DNA from: Candidatus Multivoradales bacterium
Lineage (GTDB): Bacteria > Acidobacteriota > Thermoanaerobaculia > Multivoradales > JAHEKO01
NCBI GenBank assembly: GCA_965223855.1
Contig: CBDCXM010000009.1
Coordinates: 1,568,001-1,632,000 of the forward strand
DNA length: 64,000 nt
Direction: 5' to 3'
In this document: piece by piece, positions 38,563 to 47,649 of the stretch
Layout of the letters: the number at the start of each line of letters is the position of its first letter
How positions within the stretch are numbered: position 1 is the stretch's first letter
Notes under the pieces: model-generated
The model's database searches: none
What the model saw: the letters and a program-made list of their open reading frames with translations, nothing else
Told to the model about the DNA's origin: nothing
Program-made: the position numbers and the translations under genes

Positions 38563-41500
38563 CTAGTTGTCCGAGCCGATCGGCGGGGCTTCGAGCCCCT
38601 CGCGGGTCGCCTGCTCGACGATCGCCCGGTTGTCGGCGACCTCGAACAGGTAGTGGTGGCGCTGCTCCGGGTCGAGCGGGAACGCCTTGCGCAGCACCTC
38701 GGCGTAAGCCTGCTCGAGGAACTTGCGCGGATCCTCGACCTTGGCGTCATGGAGTCGCAGCCACGAGAGCCCCTCGTACATCCGGTAGTTGAGGGATTCG
38801 ATCTCGCTCGAATGGTGGAGGTCGGGGAGCAGCTCCTCGAGCTCGGCGGTGTGCTGGCGCAGCATCGAGCCGTCTTCGGTGGCGATGCCGAGGCCGATCG
38901 CCAGGGCGTGATCGACGGCGGCGCCGCGGGAGTTGCCCGCCTCGCGGTGCTGGGCGAGCGCCCGTTCGAGGTACTCGCCGGCGTCGTCGTAGCGCCGCCG
39001 GCTGATCTCGATGCGGGCGACGAGCTGCTCGGCGTCGGCGAGCTCTGCCGACATCGACAGCAGATCCATCTCGAACTGCACCTGACGCGCTTGGGCGAGC
39101 GCCTTGTCGTACTGCTCGAGATCGGCGTGGGTGCGCGCGAGCGCCAGCCTGGCGGAGGCGACGGCGACGGCATCCTCGCGCGCCTCGTGGATCTTGAGCG
39201 CACGCCGGCTCAGCGCCGCCGCGTGGGTGTAGTCGCCGAGGCGGCGCAGCACGGTGGCGGTGCCCAGCAGCACCCGGGCGCACTCTTCGCTGGTGCGGTC
39301 GGTGACGCTCTGGAGCGCCTCCTCGAAGTAGTCGAGAGCCTGCGGGTAGTTGCCCGCGGCGTGCGACACCCTGCCGAGCGCGGTGAGCGACGCCGTCAGC
39401 GATTGCTTGCCGAGCTTCTTGCGGGTCTCGTAGGCGGAGCGGTGGTGGGTGATCGCCTCTTCGAGGCGGTTGAGACGCAGGGCGATCTCGCCGAGGGTGA
39501 AGTGGCACGACGCGGCCAGCTCGTGGTGCTTCTGCCGCTCGAGCGCCGGGTAGAGATCCTCGAGCAGCCGGCTCGCCTCCGACAGCCGGCCGGCGCGCTC
39601 GTAGACCGCGCCGAGCTGCAGGGCGAGGCGGGCGCGGCGCTGCGGCTGATCACCGAGGCTGGTCTCCTCGAGCGCCGTGAGCAGCATCTTCTCGGCGCGT
39701 CGGTAGTTGCCGCTCTCCTCGTACGCCGCAGCCATCAGGCTCGACAGGGCGAGCGCCTTGTCGGAGTCGGCGCTCGCCAGCTCGAGGCCGCGTTCGAGAT
39801 CGGGGATCAGGTGGCGCAGCTTGCCGAGGCGCCGGGCGACGCCGAGGAGCCGCCAGATAAGGAGCAGCTCGGTCTCGTCGTCACCGTCGCGCTCGCGGTG
39901 CAGGGCGAGCTCGCTGGTCAGCGCCTCGTAGAGCGTCTCACCGGCGAGTTCGCGGGCATAGGGCGAGCGCGCGGTGCGCAGCAGCGGCGGCACGCCGTCC
40001 TTGGTCCCTTCGAGCAGCCGGTAGGTGTACCAGAGCTGCTCTCCCTCGTTGCTGACCGCCTGAAGCGCCCGGCCGAGACGACCGCGCAGCGTCTCCCGCG
40101 TCTCGTCCGGCGCCGAGAGCGCCAGCGCGCGGGCGTAGGCGGGGCAGGTGAATTCGAGACCGACACCCCAGGGCGAGGGGACCCGCCGGAGCATTCCCGC
40201 CTCGAGTGCTGCGGTAGCCCACGATTCGTTGGAGTCCGGTTCGACACGGCCGGAGGCGACGGTCAGCACCGACGACGGAACCGGCGTGTCGGCGAGCGAG
40301 AGCAGGATCAGCCGATCGCTGGCGCCGAGACGGCCCGCCTCGGCCTGCAGGTGGCAGACCAGTCGCGCCGACGGCTGGAAGTCCGTCGACTCGCTGCCGA
40401 CGAAGAAGTAGTTGCCGTAGATCGAGCGCATCACCTTGGAGCGCACGAGGGCGACGAGCCCCTCCTCGAGCGCGAACGGATGCCCGCCGGTCGCCTTCAC
40501 CAGCGAGGCGCTCAGGTCCTCGGGCAGCGACAGGCCGCTCAGCAGGCGGTCGGTCAGCGCCACCGTCTCCTCACCCTCGAAGGCGGGGACGCGTAGCGAG
40601 AAGGTGCCCTCGAAGCCCGAGCGGCCGGTAACGCCGCCGCGGCCGACGAGGACGAGATGGAGCCGCCGCCCCGGCAGCCGGGCGTTCGACAGCCGGAGCA
40701 GGAGCTCGAGATCCTCTTCCTGGATCTGCTCGAAGTCGTCGCACACCAGGTAGAGCGGCCGGTCCGCCGGTTCGCAGGCGGCGAGCATCGAGAGCACCGA
40801 GTCGCGCTGGTTCTCTGCCGGGCCGTCGCGCTCCTGGAGGGCGCGCCGCCGCTCGGGGTCGAGCACCGGGCGGTGCGGGTCTTCGGCGTGATGGGGGTCG
40901 AGCAGCTCGTCGACGACCTGCTGCGAAAGCGACAGACCGCCGCGACGCTCGGGCTGCGCCTGGAGCCACAGGAAGATCGCCCCGGAGCGCTCGAGCGTCT
41001 CCCACACGAGACGGGTCTTGCCGCAGCCGGCCGGCCCGGTGACGCGGATGACCGGGTCGTGGAGATGCTCGGCGAGGACCGCCTCGAGCTCGGGGCGAGG
41101 GGTCGATTCGACCTCGCGACCGAGGATCTCGGGATTGCGCCACGGCGCCCGCGAGCGCACCCGCGCCATCGCCCGCACCAGCGGGAACTCGCGTCCCGAC
41201 GGCCCGCGGTACGAACCGCTCGCCTGGAGATCCCACGAAGTCTCGAGCGTCTGTGCCGCCCAGGTGGTGAGGTAGATGTCGTTCGACTTGAGGGTCGGCG
41301 CGCGACGACCGACCTCATCAGCGATCTCGTCGTGCACTCCCAGCACTTCACGGCCCCGCAGCAGCACCTCGGCGGGCGAGATCAGCACGCGTGGGCCGTC
41401 GGGCGAGACCTCGAGCTGCGAGAGCACGCGCCGCGACCAGTGGAGCCCGGCGTCGAACACTCCCGGATCGCCGGGCTCGGGAACGATCGCCAGCGCGTCG

Positions 41501-41721
41501 GGGCCGACCTCGACCGCCTGGCAGCCGCCGAGCACCGCTTCGCGGACCTGGTCGCGCGCCCCGTCCGCGCCCCAGACACGGAGCACCGAGGTCGGATGGC
41601 GTACGGCTAGCGGGGAGTCTGCCACGGGCGCTTCGAGGGGGATGGGTGCTTCGCGGGTTCGAGAGGGGACGTCCGGTCTGCCGGGCGAGCCACCGGCAAT
41701 CATAGCAAGGGAATCCGTCAC
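38563..41721 (-). CDS. P-loop ATPase + TPR protein (STAND-like); real start may be GTG 41625
   Basis: Walker A GPAGCGKT, Walker B LVCDDFE, GGHPFAL, C-terminal TPRs. Confidence 0.85.
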   Translation of the reverse strand: MTDSLAMIAGGSPGRPDVPSRTREAPIPLEAPVADSPLAVRHPTSVLRVWGADGARDQVREAVLGGCQAVEVGPDALAIVPEPGDPGVFDAGLHWSRRVLSQLEVSPDGPRVLISPAEVLLRGREVLGVHDEIADEVGRRAPTLKSNDIYLTTWAAQTLETSWDLQASGSYRGPSGREFPLVRAMARVRSRAPWRNPEILGREVESTPRPELEAVLAEHLHDPVIRVTGPAGCGKTRLVWETLERSGAIFLWLQAQPERRGGLSLSQQVVDELLDPHHAEDPHRPVLDPERRRALQERDGPAENQRDSVLSMLAACEPADRPLYLVCDDFEQIQEEDLELLLRLSNARLPGRRLHLVLVGRGGVTGRSGFEGTFSLRVPAFEGEETVALTDRLLSGLSLPEDLSASLVKATGGHPFALEEGLVALVRSKVMRSIYGNYFFVGSESTDFQPSARLVCHLQAEAGRLGASDRLILLSLADTPVPSSVLTVASGRVEPDSNESWATAALEAGMLRRVPSPWGVGLEFTCPAYARALALSAPDETRETLRGRLGRALQAVSNEGEQLWYTYRLLEGTKDGVPPLLRTARSPYARELAGETLYEALTSELALHRERDGDDETELLLIWRLLGVARRLGKLRHLIPDLERGLELASADSDKALALSSLMAAAYEESGNYRRAEKMLLTALEETSLGDQPQRRARLALQLGAVYERAGRLSEASRLLEDLYPALERQKHHELAASCHFTLGEIALRLNRLEEAITHHRSAYETRKKLGKQSLTASLTALGRVSHAAGNYPQALDYFEEALQSVTDRTSEECARVLLGTATVLRRLGDYTHAAALSRRALKIHEAREDAVAVASARLALARTHADLEQYDKALAQARQVQFEMDLLSMSAELADAEQLVARIEISRRRYDDAGEYLERALAQHREAGNSRGAAVDHALAIGLGIATEDGSMLRQHTAELEELLPDLHHSSEIESLNYRMYEGLSWLRLHDAKVEDPRKFLEQAYAEVLRKAFPLDPEQRHHYLFEVADNRAIVEQATREGLEAPPIGSDN

Positions 41722-41897
41722 ACCGTTCCGGTGCCGCGACGCCCCCTCGTGCTCGCGGCGGTTGTGACGACCGGGTGAAGCGATACAATCGCGCGGTCGC
41801 GGCCGGTCCGACTCGCAATCGCGCCCGCCCGATCCACCTGCAACTGAGCGCCGCCACCTTTCCGACCTCTCCGGCGGCGTCTACCTGGAGTTCCCCG

Positions 41898-42446
41898 ATG
41901 TCCAATCGACGCCTGATGACCCGCCTGTACTACTTCACCATCGAAGACGAGAGCATGCTCGCCGAGGCCTTCCCCCAGTTCGAGGAGGAGGGGATCGCGA
42001 TCACCTACAAGGTGGTCGATACCGAGGACGTCTTCGTCACCACCGCCGACACCCGCGAGGCGATGGACCGCCACGACGTGCCCTACAACCTTCTCGCCGA
42101 GGAGGAGTCGGAGCGGATCGCGATCTACCACACGCCGCTGTCGCGCGAGGAGCTCGGCGAGCACGAGGATCCGCTGCGCGCCCTGGCGCTGGCGCATCGG
42201 GCGATCGGCATGGCGTGCGTCGGCGTCAACGGCGAGGCCGACCTCGGCTTCGACCTCTCGGACGGCACCGACGGCTACACCTACTTCACCGCGCCCGCCG
42301 GCCACACCTTCATCTGGCGCGTCTTCCGCACCCGCGAAGAGGCGGAGGACTTCCTCACCAAGCTCACCGGCGAGGACAAGGAGGCGATCGCGTGGGTGAA
42401 GAACATGCCGCTCTCGAACAGCGAAGAACTGGCCGGCTATCACTGA
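41898..42446 (+). CDS. Hypothetical acidic protein
   Basis: ATG after GGAG; strong GC3 bias. Confidence 0.8.
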   Translation: MSNRRLMTRLYYFTIEDESMLAEAFPQFEEEGIAITYKVVDTEDVFVTTADTREAMDRHDVPYNLLAEEESERIAIYHTPLSREELGEHEDPLRALALAHRAIGMACVGVNGEADLGFDLSDGTDGYTYFTAPAGHTFIWRVFRTREEAEDFLTKLTGEDKEAIAWVKNMPLSNSEELAGYH

Positions 42447-42452
42447 TCACCC

Positions 42453-43826
42453 TTGAGTAGCGGCACGCCCGTCACGGTCTCCGTCAGCGCCCTGTGCGCC
42501 GACGTCAAGGGGTTGTTGCGCGAGGCCTACGACTCGTTGTGGGTGTCGGGGGAGGTGCAGCGGCTGCGGCCGAACCGCAACGGGCACCTGTTCTTCGAGC
42601 TGGTGGAGAAGGGAGCGGGCGACGAGGTGGTCGCCAAGCTCGAGGCGGTGATCTGGCGGCGCGACTGGGAGCGGGTGCGGCGGGAGCTCGAGAGGGCGGG
42701 GAGCGAGATCGTCGACGGGGGTGAGATCCGGTGTCTCGCCGGGCTCGACCTCTATGCGCCGTTCGGGCGCATGCAGCTCACGGTGCGCGAGGTCGATCCG
42801 CTCTTCGCCCTCGGCAAGCTCGAGGCGCGGCGACGGCAGGTGCTGGCCGAGCTCGAGAGGTCGGGGCTGCTCGAGAAGAACGGCGGCCTGGAGCTCTCCC
42901 CCGTGCCGCTCGACCTGGCACTGGTGACGTCGCGCGAGAGTGCGGCGTACCACGACTTCCTGGCCACGCTCGGCGAGAGCGGCTACGGCTTCCGCGTGAC
43001 GCTGCTGGATGCAGCGATGCAGGGTCGGGCTGCGGAGGGGGCGGTGGCGAGTGCGCTGGCGGCGGCTTCGCGGCTGCCGATCGACGCCTGCGTGCTGATC
43101 CGCGGCGGCGGCTCGCGCACCGACCTGGCGGCGTTCGACAGCCTGCGGGTGTCGCGGGCGGTCGCCGAGTGCGGTGTGCCCGTGGTGACCGGTCTCGGCC
43201 ACCAGATCGACCGCGCGATCGCCGATCTCGCCGCCCACACGGCGGTGAAGACGCCGACCCAAGCGGCGGCGTTCCTGATCGACCGGGTGGCGGGCGCCGA
43301 TCGGGCGCAGGCCGAGATCGGCTCGCGACTGTCGGTCGCGGCGGGAAGGACCGTCGAACGCGGCCGGCATCGGGCGGCACAGGCCGAGGCGCGATTCGCT
43401 CAGCCGCGCCTGAGACTGGCGGCGACCGGGGCGAAGCTCGACGGCGTGGCCGCGGCTCTGGCGCGTGCCGCCGCAAGGGTGCCGCGCGAGGGGCGGCGGC
43501 GACTCGAACGGACCGCGGCCGGCCTCGGTGCGCGCGCGCCGCGAGTAGTGGCTGCTGCGGGCGCCACCTGGCGCACTGCCGGCGAGCGTCTCGCCCGCTC
43601 GGCGCGCGGCCGGCTCCAGACGGTCGCCGCACGCCTCGACGGCTTCGAGCGGGTGGCACACGGACTGGCCCCCGAGCGGGTGCTGGCGCGCGGCTTCAGC
43701 GTCACCCGCGACGCCTCGGGGCGCGCCATGAGGAGCGCCGATCAGATCGGGTATGGTGATCTGGTGACGACCCGGCTGGCCGATGGGAGCTTCCGCAGCC
43801 GGGTCGAAGCCGGGGATGGCGAGTGA
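42453..43826 (+). CDS. xseA: Exodeoxyribonuclease VII large subunit
   Basis: WVSGEV, GHLFFEL, RGGGS, GLGHQID, TPTQAA, LARGFSV. Confidence 0.95.
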   Translation: MSSGTPVTVSVSALCADVKGLLREAYDSLWVSGEVQRLRPNRNGHLFFELVEKGAGDEVVAKLEAVIWRRDWERVRRELERAGSEIVDGGEIRCLAGLDLYAPFGRMQLTVREVDPLFALGKLEARRRQVLAELERSGLLEKNGGLELSPVPLDLALVTSRESAAYHDFLATLGESGYGFRVTLLDAAMQGRAAEGAVASALAAASRLPIDACVLIRGGGSRTDLAAFDSLRVSRAVAECGVPVVTGLGHQIDRAIADLAAHTAVKTPTQAAAFLIDRVAGADRAQAEIGSRLSVAAGRTVERGRHRAAQAEARFAQPRLRLAATGAKLDGVAAALARAAARVPREGRRRLERTAAGLGARAPRVVAAAGATWRTAGERLARSARGRLQTVAARLDGFERVAHGLAPERVLARGFSVTRDASGRAMRSADQIGYGDLVTTRLADGSFRSRVEAGDGE

Positions 43827-43851
43827 CGGGGACCGACACGGAGTGACTGGA

Positions 43852-44157
43852 ATGGCCGAAGACGATCTGTCCAAACTGGGGTTCAGCGCCGCGATGGACG
43901 AGCTGGAGGGGATCCTGCGGCGCATCGAGGGCGAGCAGGTCGACATCGACGAGCTGGCCGTAGAGCTCGAACGGGCGGCCAAACTGCTCGACGTCTGCCG
44001 CACCAAGATCCGGCGTGCCGAGGTCGAGGTGAGCCAGATCGTCCAGACTCTCGATCCGGAGAAGGCTGAGGAGTCGGAGCCGGAGGAAGGGTCGCAGGCC
44101 GACGGCGACGAGAGCGAAGGCGGCGAGACCGCCAGCCTGTTCCCGGACGAGGAATGA
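43852..44157 (+). CDS. xseB: Exodeoxyribonuclease VII small subunit
   Basis: FSAAMDELEGILRRIE...CRTKIRRAE; follows xseA. Confidence 0.92.
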   Translation: MAEDDLSKLGFSAAMDELEGILRRIEGEQVDIDELAVELERAAKLLDVCRTKIRRAEVEVSQIVQTLDPEKAEESEPEEGSQADGDESEGGETASLFPDEE

Positions 44158-44176
44158 GGCGCCGGAGCTGACGGGG

Positions 44177-45031
44177 ATGTTCGAGCGGCAGACCAGCGGC
44201 GCCGTCGTCTGCCCGACATGCGGCAAGCTGGTCGGGGTCAACGACGCGCAGTGTCCGTTCTGCGGCCGCGCCAATCCGGGGATGTTCGGCTTCGCCCGCG
44301 CCCTCGGCCGGATCGCCGACGGCGACGGCTTCGTCAAGGTGGTGATCGGCGCCTGTGTCGTGCTCTACGCGCTGACGCTGCTGGTCAGCGGGCGCGACAT
44401 CGGCTTCGGCGGCACCCTCGGCTTCCTCGAGCCGAACGAGCTGTCGCTGAGGATGTTCGGCGCCTCCGGCGCGAGCCCGATCTTCGGCTTCGGCATGTGG
44501 TGGACGGTGCTCTCCGCCTCGTGGCTCCACGGCAGCCTGCTCCACATCGTCTTCAACATGATGTGGATCCGCAACCTCGCGCCGCCGCTGGCGCAGTTCG
44601 TCGGCCCGGGGCGGATGATCCTCATCTATCTCGTCTCCGGGGTGGTCGGCTTCGCGGCGACGAGCGCGGCGCGCTACGTCTTCCCCTACGGCCTGCCGGT
44701 GCTCGGCGGGGCGTTTCTCACCGTCGGCGCTTCGGCGTCGATCTTCGGCCTCCTCGGCGGGCTGGTGCAGTACGGGCGGCGGACCGGCAGCACGGCGCTG
44801 AGCCGTCAGGTGTGGACCTGGGCGCTGGTGCTCTTCGTCTTCGGCATCCTGATGCCGCGGGTCGACAACATCGCCCACCTCGGCGGCTTCGTCGGCGGCT
44901 ATGTTGCCGCGGGGATGCTCAAGCTCGGCGAGCCGGAGAAGCCCGAGCACCTGATCGGCGCCCTGGTCGGCCTCGCGCTCTCCCTGGTGGCGGTGGCGCT
45001 GTCGGTGCTCAGGATCTGGAGCCTGACCTGA
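44177..45031 (+). CDS. Rhomboid intramembrane serine protease with N-terminal Zn ribbon
   Basis: CPTC..CPFC; WLHGSLLHIVFNM; GASAS; AHLGG. Confidence 0.92.
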   Translation: MFERQTSGAVVCPTCGKLVGVNDAQCPFCGRANPGMFGFARALGRIADGDGFVKVVIGACVVLYALTLLVSGRDIGFGGTLGFLEPNELSLRMFGASGASPIFGFGMWWTVLSASWLHGSLLHIVFNMMWIRNLAPPLAQFVGPGRMILIYLVSGVVGFAATSAARYVFPYGLPVLGGAFLTVGASASIFGLLGGLVQYGRRTGSTALSRQVWTWALVLFVFGILMPRVDNIAHLGGFVGGYVAAGMLKLGEPEKPEHLIGALVGLALSLVAVALSVLRIWSLT

Positions 45032-45033
45032 CG

Positions 45034-46200
45034 GTGGCGCTGACGGCGGCCGAGACAGAGCGCTACGGGCGGCATCTGGTGATGCCGGAGGTCGGCGTCG
45101 AAGGGCAGGAGCGGCTCCGCGCGGCGCGGGTGCTGCTGGTCGGAGCCGGCGGCCTCGGCTCGCCGGCGGCGCTCTATCTCGCCGCGGCAGGGGTCGGGAC
45201 GCTCGGCCTGGTCGAGTTCGACCGCGTCGAGACGACCAATCTGCAACGTCAGATCCTCTACGGAGCCGGAGACGTCGGGCGGGCGAAGACAGAGGTCGCC
45301 GCCGAGCGGCTCGCCGCCGTCAACCCGCACGTCACCCTCGAGGTTCACGACGAGCGGCTGACCGCGGCCAACGCGCTCGAGCTGGTCGGCGCCTACGACC
45401 TGGTGATCGACGGCTCCGACAACTTCCCGACCCGCTACCTGGTGAACGACGCCTGCGTCCTGACCGGCACACCGAACGTCTATGGCTCGGTGCTGCGGTT
45501 CGAGGGGCAGGTGAGCGTCTTCGCCACTGCGGGGGGGCCGTGCTACCGCTGCCTGTTCCCGGAGCCGCCGCCGCCCGGCTCGGTGCCGTCGTGCGCCGAG
45601 GCGGGGGTGCTCGGGGTGCTGCCGGGGATCATCGGCTCGCTCCAGGCGCTCGAGGCGATCAAGTGGATCCTCGGTCTGGGCGATGCGCTGGTCGGGCGGT
45701 TCCTGGTGTTCGACGGGGTGAGCCTGCGCTTTCGCGAGGTGACGTTGCCGCGCTCCGAGGAGTGCCCGGTGTGCTCGGCGGAGGCGCCGCAGCGCGAGCT
45801 GATCGAGTACGACGACGCCTGCGAGGTTGCGCAGGCTCGTGAAACTTCGGAGGGATCTTCGATGACCGGAGGAGAAAGCGTGCTGTTCGACATCAGCGTG
45901 GCGGAGCTCGACGAGCTGCGGCGCGCCGGCTCCGACCTGCAGCTGATCGACGTCCGCACGCCGCGCGAGTACGAGATCGCGCGGATCGACGGAGCGACGC
46001 TGGTGCCGATGAACGAGCTCCCGGGCCGGCTCGAGGAGCTCGACCGCGAGCGCCCGCTGGTGGTGCACTGCCATCACGGCCCGCGCTCGACGCAGACGGT
46101 CGCGTGGCTGCGGCAGCAGGGGTTCTCGCGCGCCCGCAATCTCGCAGGGGGGATCGACGCCTGGAGCCGCGAGGTCGATCCTTCCGTGCCGCTCTACTGA
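45034..46200 (+). CDS. moeB: Molybdopterin-synthase adenylyltransferase MoeB with C-terminal rhodanese domain
   Basis: RYGRHL, GAGGLGSP, NLQRQ, CYRC, PSCAEAGVLG; rhodanese CHHG. Confidence 0.95.
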   Translation: MALTAAETERYGRHLVMPEVGVEGQERLRAARVLLVGAGGLGSPAALYLAAAGVGTLGLVEFDRVETTNLQRQILYGAGDVGRAKTEVAAERLAAVNPHVTLEVHDERLTAANALELVGAYDLVIDGSDNFPTRYLVNDACVLTGTPNVYGSVLRFEGQVSVFATAGGPCYRCLFPEPPPPGSVPSCAEAGVLGVLPGIIGSLQALEAIKWILGLGDALVGRFLVFDGVSLRFREVTLPRSEECPVCSAEAPQRELIEYDDACEVAQARETSEGSSMTGGESVLFDISVAELDELRRAGSDLQLIDVRTPREYEIARIDGATLVPMNELPGRLEELDRERPLVVHCHHGPRSTQTVAWLRQQGFSRARNLAGGIDAWSREVDPSVPLY

Positions 46201-46233
46201 CACGGAACTTCCGGACGACGACCCGTTCGACCG

Positions 46234-47559
46234 ATGGCGCGTCGAGGCAACGGCTGCGGCCCCGTCCTGCTGATCCTGCTGCTGGCGGCGTTGGCCGCCG
46301 TGGCGCTGGCGACGCAGTTTCCGGACGCCGAGCTGATCCGACGCGCGACCGGGTGGCCGGTGCTCGGTCCGTGGGTCGAGCGCTTCCGGGCGCTCTACGT
46401 TCCTGCCGAGGGAGAAGCGGCCGAAGGCGAAGCGGCCTCGACCGGGGCGACCTCGACCGGGGTGGCGGCCTCGGCCGGAGCGGCGCCGGAGGTCGACTTC
46501 GTCATCGAGTACGTCGAGCCCGAGTACACCGCCCTGCCGAAGCTGTGGCTCGAGCCGGAGACCGAGCTCCACGCCGAGCCGTCGACGTCGAGCGCCGTCA
46601 CCGCTCGGGTGCACGCGCTGTCGAACTTCGGCTGGATCGAGCGCCGTGGCGACTGGTTCCTGGTGCGCCGCGGGGAGGCGGGCGGAGTCGTGGTCGAGGG
46701 GTGGGTGAGGGTCGAGGACCTCGACGCCGCCCGCCCGCAGCTCGCGCCCGGAATCGAGCCGGCGACACCGCTCGCCGCGGTGGAACTGGCAGCGCGCCAT
46801 CGCCGGTCGGCGGACACGATCATGACCTCGCCGCGCGAGGGCAGATGCGGCGCCTATCGCCTGCTGAGCGACGTCGAGAGCGGCACGCTCGGGACGTTCT
46901 GCGCCGGGGTCGTGTCGCGGCTCGACGCCGCCTATGAGGAGACGTTCGGGCGCCCTCCGCTCGGCGTGGCGGCGGAGACGATCCTGGTCTTCCGCGACAA
47001 GCCGGACTTCCGGGTCTTCGCCGCCACCGGTTCGCGCTGGCGGGTCGAGGCAAGCGGTCGCGCCAGCGCCGCCGACGGCTACGCGGCGCTCGCCTGGGAC
47101 GAGAGCGAGGCCGAAGCGCGGTCGGCGACGTTGATCCACGAGCTGACCCACCTCGTCAACCGCCGCGCGCTGGGCCCGGCGCTGCCGGCCTGGCTGGCCG
47201 AGGGCCTGGCCGACACTCTTGCCGAGAGGTTGGTCGGCGGCAAGGCGGAGGCGGCCCGCTGGCGGGTCGGGATGGACCTCGCAGCCGGTGAGCTGCCGCC
47301 GATCGCCGAACTGCTCGGCCTTTCGTCGCGCGAGTTCTACGAGGGGGGCGGGTTCTCGAACTACGCGCGGGCGCACCTGTGGGTGGAGTTCCTCTCGAGC
47401 CATGCCGTCCTGGGTGAGCGCTTCGAGTCGTTCCTCGATGCCGTCGCCGAGGGCGACGCGGGGACCGCCGAGACCCTCGAGTCCCATCTCGCTCGCCCCC
47501 TCGGGGCTGTCGAGGAGGAGTGGCGGGCGTGGGTGCGCGCGGCGCCCGGTCGTGGCTGA
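46234..47559 (+). CDS. Membrane-anchored SH3-like + zincin (HEXXH) peptidase
   Basis: HELTH...WLAEGLA; GDWFLV..EGWV SH3-like segment. Confidence 0.8.
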   Translation: MARRGNGCGPVLLILLLAALAAVALATQFPDAELIRRATGWPVLGPWVERFRALYVPAEGEAAEGEAASTGATSTGVAASAGAAPEVDFVIEYVEPEYTALPKLWLEPETELHAEPSTSSAVTARVHALSNFGWIERRGDWFLVRRGEAGGVVVEGWVRVEDLDAARPQLAPGIEPATPLAAVELAARHRRSADTIMTSPREGRCGAYRLLSDVESGTLGTFCAGVVSRLDAAYEETFGRPPLGVAAETILVFRDKPDFRVFAATGSRWRVEASGRASAADGYAALAWDESEAEARSATLIHELTHLVNRRALGPALPAWLAEGLADTLAERLVGGKAEAARWRVGMDLAAGELPPIAELLGLSSREFYEGGGFSNYARAHLWVEFLSSHAVLGERFESFLDAVAEGDAGTAETLESHLARPLGAVEEEWRAWVRAAPGRG

Positions 47560-47649
47560 AGAAGACGGTAGCGAGGGGCGGCGGGCTCGTGAGGAATCCG
47601 CGGCGGTCGCCGTGTAGACTCGTCGGCCAATTCCACTGGAGGGGTTCCC

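Noticed and set aside
44177-45031. Rhomboid as a rhombosortase for the DGFESGD tails
   Set aside because: The tails lack the TM helix that rhombosortase substrates carry; proximity is the only link
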